DNA of 62,000 nucleotides from Vicugna vicugna. Its lineage: Eukaryota. The position numbers were made by a program, and so were the translations under genes. This document shows positions 39,580 through 49,445 of the stretch, in pieces; positions within the stretch are counted from its first letter, which is position 1; each line of letters starts with the position of its first letter. The notes beneath the pieces were generated by a model, which was not told the DNA's origin, did no database searches, and worked only from the letters and a program-made list of their open reading frames with translations. The DNA is taken from the NCBI GenBank assembly GCA_013265495.1, contig MU058206.1:124001-186000 (forward strand), given 5' to 3'.

Positions 39580-40828
39580 ATAAAACAGCACAAAAGACAG
39601 CTGAACCATGCAAAGACCAGAGTTAAATGGGGAACTGAAAAATATATATACTTTAAGGCCTAAGAACATAAGGTCCTAGAGTTAAGAATGAGACCAAAAA
39701 AAAAAAAAAGCATTGAGAGAAGAATATCAAAGAAAGAATACAAAGGAAAGGGAAGAGAAAATAAGGCTTACTAATAATGTTTCCCATTCCTAATTATCCA
39801 GATAGGAGACAAGGCTGGCAAACGTAACTGAAAAACAGAAAATGTGCCTCTACCCCCAACAATTCAGCTATTCATTTCAATGCTATTCAGCAAACCTTTT
39901 GCTTGTAAGAGTTTATCATTTCTGCACCCTTTTCTGATGGCAGAAGCAGCAGCAAGTATCCAAGAGTGGCAACACAGGAGCAAACTGAGGGACCACATAT
40001 AATCTGCCAACTGAAAACCCAGGTTGTAGATTAGTGAAATACCACTGTACCTTAAGTTCCTCTTTTAAAATTGCTCTTTGCAAATGTGAAACAAACATCA
40101 CTCTTGTTACTTAAAATTAAAACTTCCACTGGGTAAGTTACTGTCCACCAATAGTTTCAGACTGCTTCTGTTTTCATCTGCTGAGCATCAATAATGTACA
40201 GCTAAAACAAAAGTGCTAAGGAAGTTCTTTTTACAAAAAAAAAAAAGAGGCAAATAGGTCACAAAGTAGGAGGGCTGGAGATGAGAGAACCCTGATGTCT
40301 TAATTTACAGTTATTACTCTAAGTCTTATACTCTTTGCTCTTTATCTTTACCTTAGCTAGTCCTGTGACGATAATTAATAATTTTACTAATAGGAAACTC
40401 CCCTTACTTTCTTTTTTGTGACCCCAGTTCTCTTTAGAAAGGCTACCAAAATCCCCTGCCAGAATAACTGAATGGGTTGGGGCACTTACTCCTATATATC
40501 AGGGAGGTTTGCATTAAAGATACAGCATGACGCTGGGAGTACTCGAGGGAAAAAAAGTAATGCTAGAACAAGAAGTTGCAGTGACAGTTTCAAAAGAAGG
40601 GTCAGCATGGGGCATGTAAGCTCTGGGAAGCGTCTGTAGCCTAGGAGTCTCTAGGACAACATCAGATGCGAACAGTGCTTTGTCAACGCACTCAAAAACT
40701 TATATTCTCCCTTTGGGGAAGGAGAGCCAGGCTCACTACACGGCAGCAAGTCTAGCTTACTGCCTGGGAAGAAGGAGGGCGCGTGGTCAAGGGGCTCTTT
40801 ATCCCGCAGGTCCCTGCAACATAGCGAT

Positions 40829-40838
40829 GCGCATGCGC
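40829..40838. promoter_or_regulatory. NRF1 site GCGCATGCGC
   Basis: Perfect palindromic NRF1 consensus. Confidence 0.75.
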
Positions 40839-40879
40839 CCCGAGGGCAGCGAACAAGCACCCCTAGCGCGTTCACACTC

Positions 40880-40889
40880 GCGCATGCGC
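40880..40889. promoter_or_regulatory. NRF1 site GCGCATGCGC
   Basis: Perfect palindromic NRF1 consensus. Confidence 0.75.
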
Positions 40890-41202
40890 AGTCACCCATC
40901 TCGCCGCAGGCGACAGCTCACTATTTGGCAAGGGGGATGGGGCTGGGAAAATTATGGGGGTGCGGAAGGCAGGGGGCGCGTTTGTGTCTCCTGAATGCTT
41001 CGGATTAGGAGAAGGAACGGTTGATTAGGCTCTGGCATTCGCAGGCCACGTAACCCGGGATGTGGGAAATGGGGCAGAGAAGAGTATATGTGTGGCGCGG
41101 AGGGGAGGGGGGGAGGACTGGGGGGGTCAGTCACCTCTAAGGGAGACGCCCCCCCACTCCGACAGGACAACCCTCTCCCTCGACTCTCCTCCCCCCACTC
41201 AC

Positions 41203-41450
41203 CTGAGAGCGGCGGCGACAGCTGCTGGTCCCCGTCCCCCTGCGCTCGCCTCATACTGTCCGCAACATCCGGGACCTGCGGGACCGCCGATACACAAATA
41301 CACACACACACTCGGAGCGCGCACACTCACACATACACACACACACCGAAACACACCGGCCGGGGCGTCATGGCGTCAGCACGCCGACGCAGCCAGCGCG
41401 TACCCGTCGGGCTCCACCCCGCGCGGCCTCCGCCCCCCTTCTACTCCCCT
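41203..41450 (-). other. SPOP: SPOP non-coding exon 1 (5'UTR); TSS end approximate
   Basis: Strong donor CTCTCAG|gtgagt at 41203/41202 inside a CpG island. The sequence ...GACGCCATGACGCCCCGG...(TG)n...GGGGACCAGCAGCTGTCGCCGCCGCTCTCAG matches my recollection of the mammalian SPOP 5'UTR. In mammals SPOP lies immediately downstream of SLC35B1 on the same strand. Confidence 0.85.
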
Positions 41451-41518
41451 CCCCTCCCTTCTCTGGTTTCTCCTGCCCCTCCTCCCTCTTCCTCAAGACT
41501 CCGCCTACCTTCCCTAAT

Positions 41519-41528
41519 GCGCATGCGC
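41519..41528. promoter_or_regulatory. NRF1 site GCGCATGCGC upstream of the SPOP TSS
   Basis: Perfect palindromic NRF1 consensus. Confidence 0.8.
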
Positions 41529-44234
41529 CCCGGCGTCTAGCCTGGGCCCGGGGATTTGGGTGGAAGGAGGGGCCTGAGAGGAAAGAGGCGGGAACTCGGA
41601 GGGGGTCGCGTGTAGGGCGCGATAGGCTGCGTTGAGGTGCGAGGACCAAATAGAGGCACGCCAAGGGGGTGGGGGAGTCTTGGTGGGCGTAACAATAAAG
41701 GCATTTAACAACGGCAACTTAAATTTGCAAGTAGTATATGGATTACTAACAACTTTTACATACATTACCTTATTTTTCCTAACCCACTCTGTCAGTAAAA
41801 TATCTTGCGATAATGTTAGAGACTCTTAAGAAACTTTTAAAATTTAACATTTGGAAACAAACAAGACAAGACGGACCATCCTGAGGGAAGGCGAGGATAT
41901 GGGCGGCTTAACTGAAAGGAAGCTGATTCAGTGACAATTTGTTTTGGACACCTGGTTCCCAGTCAGCCTCACATCCTAGCTTCCAAGGGCTATCATTGGT
42001 TCCTGAGTTGAGTAAAAGAAAAATGTCTCAGAGCATCTTCGTCTTGGAAGAAAAAAGCCATCTCCACATAGGAGTAATAACATCAGTGATGGGATATTTG
42101 TTATTGCTACAATTCCTTCCTTTGGCTTAGACTTTAAAAAAAATTATTCTTACTGAACCAAGCAAAATAATCCCGAGCAGGCATTGTCTCTTTTCCACAC
42201 TGAGTTTGTATCATTACGTAGACACGCACACGAATCCTAGAGGAGGCGTTGCATCCAAAAGGGCAACCAGATGAACCTGTGGATCATGGGGTGACAAAGT
42301 ATGGACCCTGCCTTGGGGACAGCTACCGGAAGCTCTGCTTCTGTGGGACTGTCTCCAGGAGACAGTGCTCACTGTCTCCTGCCACATGCGTCCTGGCGCC
42401 AGGTGGCTGGTGAGTCTGTTCAGCAGGGAAGTCTGGAAGCCCATGAGCAAAGCAATAGGGGAGGCTGACAGAGTCAGGCTGCCTTCCACTTTCAAATACA
42501 CATGCAGACCCTATAATCTCACAGCGTTAAATGTCCTAGGAATCACAGACAAAACACTCCAAACTCCTAAAGCTTATCCAGCCGGTATTTCAGCCAAAAT
42601 GATCAAGAAATGGAGGTCCTAAACTCAACAGCGACGTGGCTCCTGTGCCTGCCCCACTTGAAACAAAAAGTGCTTTTGTCACCTATTGGGCTGATGCTTG
42701 AAACTTTCCAATTAGATTTCACTCATAATCATCAACAAACATTCATTCCTTTAGCTACAGCCAGCAAGGTTTTTGTCCTTGGGAAAATGCAGAGTGCCCC
42801 ACAGGTAACCCAGTAACCAGTTACAAGTCACTGATTCTTAGTGTCACTGAGGCTGTTCAGTTCCCATTCTCTTGACTTCAGATTTCACAGGATAGCAGGG
42901 AAGAAAGAAAAGGGGTACCCTTAGGAGGAAGGAGCATGGAGGTGGGGAAGGGGAACAGAAGGAGGAAATTGGAGGCATGAACAACACACTTCAGGAACCT
43001 CACAATCGAGACTAATCATTACAGTTTAGTCAGATTCTGACTGTGACCTAGGAAGTGACTCCTTGGAGCTACTGAATCTGTGCCAGCGGCTCCTCCAGGC
43101 TGGCCCTGACTCTCCAGAGATCTGGAAGGATATAAGAGTTCTATCCCCATCTGTAGCCTGGTGTGATAGATAGCCTGGTCTACTGCAGGGACCATACCGC
43201 CCACCTGAGATGTGATCCCACCAGCCTCTGTACAAAGGACTTTGATTTGATGTGGATCTGATTAAATGACTGTAGATGTCCTTGGAAGCACTGTGTGGAA
43301 GAATTTTAAACAGCTTCTCCTTTTTAATATGCACTTCCTCTTTGGTTTTAATTATTTTGTTCCTACATTTTCCCTTTCAATTTACTAAAATCTAGAAATG
43401 TAATTAGAGCAGAGGCTAGGCTCAGAGAAAGCTGCCAGGATTTCTACAGCATGATTAAATATACTAGGCATCCCTTTAGTGTGGGCCTGAAAAATAGGAT
43501 TCTCATTATTATCCTTCCCTTATCCAGGAAAGAATCAGCACCATGTACAGATATGGATTTATTGAAAATGCAGCACTAATTAAAAACTCACCCAGCCTCT
43601 TGACGAGGTTTGGGGGGAAAAGTGCAGTTATTTAATTATTTCCTCCATTTACTGCTTTGTTGTTTTAATCACAATAAGCAAGAAGCCCCCCTCATTCTTC
43701 TGTCCTCAAAATAAAATTCTTCCCTCCCCTCATGAGAGAATTAATGAGGCTTTTATCTATGCAACAACAGTCAAGCTTACAATGGCACCAATTCAATTCA
43801 CTGCTCTTTGTGATGGTAGGAAACGTGCAGAACTCGTTTTCTTAATCCAAAACACAAATGACAAAGTGTTCATTGGCCATCATGAGCCAGGTCTGGGCAA
43901 GGAATCTGTCCCAAAAGGCCCCTGGACGTCTGGTATTTATTCTGCCAACAAGGATCTTCAGCTCCATGTTATAGTCCAATGGGCAAAGGCATAGTTTCCC
44001 TTGAAAGAGTAGGGGAGGTAGAGGCAGGCAGGAATAAACAGATGATGGATATATGGATGGGAGATGGATATGCAAGAAGGAAGATCCTTAGTAGGGGCAC
44101 AGTCCTGTCTAGAGGAACAGGGAGAGATGACACAGCCTGGGACACAGGTGTAATACCATACACAAGGAAGCATATCAACAAGAGCATGCTGCTCAGGTTA
44201 GATTTCATAGTGAAGCAGCTGTGGCTTAATGAAT

Positions 44235-44430
44235 GAGCTCCAGCCTCCTTGTCTGGAGACTCAAGTTCAAACCCAGCACTAACACTTAACTACAGTATAA
44301 ACGTGGACCAACCGCACCCAGCCTCAGTTTTTCCATACAAGCAATGGAGAAAATACTGCCCACCAAAGCATATTATTGTGAGGATTAATTGAAATAGTAT
44401 TTGAACATAGCACAGTCCCTCTACATAGAG
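44235..44430 (+). mobile_element. MIR
   Basis: gcctcagtttttcc...ttgtgaggattaa. Confidence 0.6.
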
Positions 44431-44687
44431 GAGAGTAGACTCCACTTATTTGTGGATGTGTTTCTGAACTTGGATTTGGGGGTAAGTGTTCATATTCCTG
44501 CTGCTCTTCAAGCCCTGCTCTAATCTGTGTGCCATCCTTGCTCCTTTGCTCTATGCCTTTCTTTAGAATTTTTCAAGAAGCATGGAATCAAGGCAACAGC
44601 ACAGATTTCTCAGCCAGAAGACTGAAACTTGCTAGCCAGAGTCCCTGAACAAGCTCTCTGATCTCAGAGTCTGTTTCCCCACAGATC

Positions 44688-45110
44688 GGTCAGGTTTCTG
44701 TTTGCAAGAACTGCCCCAAAGCTAGCTATATCAGCCCAAACTGGAATTTACTGAAGAAATATTTCTGGTTCCTAGAATTGACAGGAGTTGAAGAATCAGA
44801 CTTGGAAATTCAGCAGAAACCAAGAGCTAATGAAGGAAGAATGACAATCTTCTTTAGCAGGACCTTCTGGCTGGAAAACCTAATTGCTGGGCACCGCTTT
44901 GAAGTACTACCAGTAGACGCATGGTCCCTGCTGCTGCCAATGCAAAGGACATCTAACCTTCCACCCATCTTTGTGCTTCATGCTGCAAACCCAAAGTCCA
45001 AGCAGCAGCACCCTGGTGACCAATCCTAGACCACATCCTGGACCCTGACCATCATGGGAGGCAGGGGTGGTGTAAAGGGCAGGGGCAATGAAGAAAGGTC
45101 TCACTGCCAT
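44688..45110 (-). mobile_element. Old MaLR LTR (MLT1-like)
   Basis: tcaggtttctgtttgcaag...ggaatttactg resembles the reverse of the MLT1 3' end. Confidence 0.45.
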
Positions 45111-45289
45111 GGTGTCCACCATGTGACGGTCGGCACTTTTCTCACTGGCACTATCTGCAGCAGAATACTCATCCCAATCAGGAAGCAGATCAGATGCTGG
45201 ATGGCAAACACTTCCACTGTGAAAAGGGGCATTCACCATAGAGTAATAAGCAGCATTTAATGACATATTTGTTCAAAAGTGCTTGGCAT

Positions 45290-46150
45290 ACAAGACATGG
45301 ATGCAACCTAAATGTCCATTGACAAATGAATTTATATATATATATATATACATATATATATTTATAATGGAATATTACTCGGCCATAAAAAAGAATGAAA
45401 TAATGCCATTTGCAGCATTACGAATGGACCTAGAGATTACTATCAAGTGAAGTAAGTCATAGAGAGAGAAACAAATATATGATATCACTTACATGTGGAA
45501 CCTAAAAAGAAATGATACAAATGAACTTATTTACAAACCGCAATAGACTCACAGACATAGAAAACAAACTATGGTTACCAAAGGGGAAGGAGATGAGGGG
45601 GAGGGATAAATTAGGAGTCTGGGATTAACGTATACACACTACTATATATAAAATAGATAAACAACAAAGACCTACTGAATTTGACACAACATTATAAAAT
45701 GAATATAACTCAATTAAAAAAGTTAAAAAAAACAACAAAGACTTACTGTATAGCACTATATATATATACTGAATATACTATGTTCAGTTTCTTGAATCTG
45801 AAAAAAAGTATTTATATGTATAACCGAATTGCTTTGCTGATACCTGAAACTAACATTGTAAATCAACTGAAACTAACATTGTAAATCAACTACACTTCAA
45901 TAAAAAAAATTTTTTTAAATAAAAAATAAGGATTCAAGTTATTAAAATACCACAGAGAATTTTTTAAAAGATAAACAATAAGCCCTACTGTTTAACACAG
46001 GGAACTATATATATCTTGTAATAACCTATAATGGAAAATAATCTAAAAAAGAACATATATATATATATATGTATAGCTGAATCATTTTGCTGTACAACTG
46101 AAACTAACACAACATTGTAAGTCAACTATACTTTGATACAAATACATAAA
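45290..46150 (+). mobile_element. Stack of L1 3' ends (at least three termini)
   Basis: ORF2 end (caacctaaatgtccattgac) and 3'UTR, then repeated acaacattgtaa..caactata-like termini at about 45690, 45850-45900 and 46110. Confidence 0.85.
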
Positions 46151-47129
46151 TTTTTAAAGTGCATATGAAAGACATTCTGTTACTTCACTTCCCTCTTTTA
46201 TAAAACAAACGGCTTGGAATGGTGTACATATCTGAGGATTTGATCAATGTGCTTATAGATCTTGAAATTCTGAGTTTTTCACCTGGAGAAATGGCTGGGA
46301 AAGATGATATTTGACGAGTGGAGTACCAGACAGAAGAGAAGCATAGGAAAGAGGGAAAGGAAAAACAACAAATTTGAGTCCAGCTTGTCTTTGATTTTTT
46401 TTCTTGGACTGGCCACACAGCTCCATCTCATTCATCTTTAAGACAGGTCTAAGAATTACCTGAAGTCATTGTTTCAAAATAAGTTTTAGAAGGTCAATAT
46501 TTGCTTTCAACAAGAATATATTACCAAAATATGGATTATATTCACTGTTATGAATTATTTTCAGTGGTTTCTTGGTTCTATTCTAAATGGGCTTGATCCA
46601 CTACCTGTTGGTATTTGCCCTAAAATAACATTTACAAAATGTAGATAATTTGTTTAGCAAAAACCACATTTGTTTCCTCTGCCTCAACTGAAACAGAAAT
46701 TACTTTGGATTTTACAATTTTAGATTATCCTTGCCATGGCCCTGCTTTATGAAGGTGAATTGATTGCAATTGAAAGTTTATTCTACATTAGAATCCTACT
46801 TTTAAAAAAGAATTTAATCTAAAATGCAATTATGGAAGGTCTGTGCACAAATGAATAGTCAACTAGCACTTACTGAACGCTCGCTGGGTACAGAGCTCTA
46901 AAACGGTAGGGAAAAGGATAAGGCAAAAGAAATAGAAAGAAGAAATAGAAATATCATCCCTATTCACAGAAAGCTTTCAGCTTAGAATTTTTAAATTTCA
47001 AAACCAGTGGTTTTTGAACTGTGCTTGCTTCTCAAGCTCTGGGCTTCTGAAGATCTGCCCCAGGGACTCCAAGGAAGGGGAGAGCAGCAAAGGGGGCTGG
47101 GGCAGTCCAAGCCAAGCCCGCCTGGTTCT

Positions 47130-47960
47130 CCTTCCACTCATTCAGGCCAGAAATTAGGCATCATCCTTGGGTCGTCTTCCCCCGGATACCTCACATATAA
47201 TCCATCAGGAATGCCCATAAATTCTAGTTTCAAAATGTCCCTTGAATCCGTCCCCTTCTCTCCATCTCTCCAGTTCCATTCAAGTTCTAGCCAACAGCTC
47301 CTTTTGCCTGAACCACACCGAGAGGGTCCTAATTGGTCTAACTCTTCACTTGTCCCTCAATTCAGTCTTCACTCAGCAACCAGGGCTATCTAATGACAAC
47401 TTAAGTCAGATCATGCTGCACCCTTGCTTAAAACCTTTGAATAGCTTCCACTGTACCAAGAATAAAATCCAAACTCTGTCCTCTGCCTTGAAGAGTCTCA
47501 TATTCAACTATGTCTCATGTCACTTTTTTTTTTCTCATCTTCATTTCAGCCACACTGGCCATCAATCAATTCCTAGAACCCATCACACTCTTTCCCTTCA
47601 CAGGCGTTTGTGGTTACTATTCCCCCACCTGGAACACTTTCCCTCTAGCTCTTCACATGGCTGGTTCTGCCTCCTATTTCAGGTCTCAGTTTAATTTTCA
47701 CATCCTCAGAGAACCTTCTCTGACCACTCACCTTATCCAAAATAAGGACATTCTTGGTATCATGGTACTCTGTTTATGTCCTTTACAACACTAACAATAA
47801 TTTGTAATTGTTCTGTGTGTTTACTTGTCTATTATCAGCCTCTCCTAATCAGTTGTTGGCTCCAGCCTGTCTATTTTGCTCTCCATGATGTTCCAGCATT
47901 CAGCACAGTGCTGATACATGGACAGAAGGTGCTTAGTACATACTGAATGAATGGATGTAT
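47130..47960 (+). mobile_element. L2 fragment
   Basis: caggccagaaattaggcatcatcctt...gaaggtgcttagtacatactgaatgaatg. Confidence 0.7.
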
Positions 47961-48339
47961 CACAGAAAGCCCTGGACTTGTCTGGAATGTTAAAGAAGGT
48001 TGGAAGAGTGAAAGGAAGGTTAGGTAAAGAGTGTGGAGTAGGGGAATGAGGAAAGGAAAGCCGGCCAGATAGATAAAGATCCTAAGGCCAGAGAGAGCAT
48101 GGAGTTTTTGAGAAGCTCAAGGAAAATCAGTGTGGCTGGAGTACAGAGAGCAAGTGTGAGGGCTGTGGGAGGTGGGTCAGAAGGGTTAGGTAGAACCAGC
48201 CAGTATCTCTCCCCTGTGACCCAAACCACAGGACTGACAACAGGAAAGGAGTGAATTCCTGAAACAAAAGTCAGGGCACTCTTGGCAGAGGGGGAAATGA
48301 ATGCTGGAGGTCAACAACAGAAGACCATTCATTACTGCT

Positions 48340-49445
48340 GGCACACCTCAGTCTCCTTTACAGGCTCTTCCTTTGGCCATCCTTTGAATATTGGCTCTCC
48401 TTGGATTGTGTTCAGTTCCTCTGCTCTTCACGCTGTCCTCACTTGCCTTGAGATGGTTCCTTTACTCTCACAGCTCCACTGCCATCCATCTGCGAAAGAA
48501 TATTCCAAATCTATCTTGAGCCAGGCCTTTCTCTTGCGCTCCTGACTTCCACATCCAACTATCAACCTGATATCTTCAGTTGGATGGACCACAGGCATGT
48601 AATACCGAGCAGATGTAAAACTTACTTCTCCTCTAGTATTGTCTTAGCTCACTAAGCAGCTCAAGCCTGAGAACTGAAAAGTATCCTTGACTTCTCAAGC
48701 CAATTCCATGCTGTAGCTAACTCCCAATTCTGCCTACTTCCTTCTACCTTCACTGACACTTCCCCGATCCTTCCCTAGATCACAGCAGCCTGCCCCCTGG
48801 CCTCCCAGCCTCTGATCTTCCCCCTTCCAGCTCATTCTCTGCTCTGCCTCCAGAGTAAGATTTCTAAAATGTCAATCCGATCGAATCATTTCTTTGCACT
48901 CCATCCTTCATTGCCCTCAATATGAAAATCATACTCCTTAATAGGGGTGAAAGGCTCTTTACCAGTGACCCATGCCTTTGTCCCCAGGCATCTTTTACAC
49001 TTCCCATTGCACCTTGCAATAACATTTCCTGTCATATGAAGAGCCACATTCAATTCCCTGAGTAAACCAAGTTCTCTCTATTTTCATATACTGTTACCTC
49101 TTCCCAGAACAGTCTTCTCCCCATCTTTCCCTCTCCTTCCCCCACCTCCCTCTGGTTAATTCTCTGCTGATTCTCCGGGGTTCAGTTTATCCATCTGTTC
49201 CTCCAGGAAGCTGTGCACATTCCCAAACCCTGAGTTAGGTCTTCCCATGTTTCTCCTCCCATTGCATTATCCCCCTGTATCATGGTTGCCTGACTCCCTC
49301 TTTGTGTCCCTCACTAGGATGGTAAGCTCCCTGGGGGAAGGGAGTTCCTTTTTTTTCTCTCTACTGTGTTTCCAGCACAAAGCAGCATTCCTAGCATGTA
49401 ATAGGTATTCAGACAAATGTTCGTGTGATGAATAAGTGAATGAAT
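48340..49445 (+). mobile_element. L2 fragment
   Basis: Pyrimidine-rich L2 body ending in taataggtattcagacaaatgtt...gaataagtgaatgaa. Confidence 0.65.

Larger units (their letters stand above)
1..41202 (-). other. SPOP: SPOP intron 1 (continues beyond the left edge)
   Basis: Downstream of the exon-1 donor. AT-rich and repeat-rich, with no recognisable MATH/BTB coding exon. The plus strand looks A-rich, as expected for a minus-strand transcribed intron. Confidence 0.8.
40780..41660. promoter_or_regulatory. SPOP: CpG island / SPOP promoter
   Basis: Dense CpGs and high GC against AT-rich flanks. Contains a GC box (cctccgcccc, 41427-41436), paired GCGTCA CRE-like half-sites with a CGCCAT YY1-like core (about 41365-41378) and three NRF1 palindromes. 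Confidence 0.9.

Noticed and set aside
1..41202. SPOP coding exons
   Set aside because: I found no MSRVPSPPPP start and no MATH/BTB peptide; the coding exons presumably lie left of the window.
40651..41829. Overlapping 65-151 aa ORFs in the CpG island
   Set aside because: Low-complexity translations on both strands, expected from stop-poor GC-rich DNA, with no recognisable domain.
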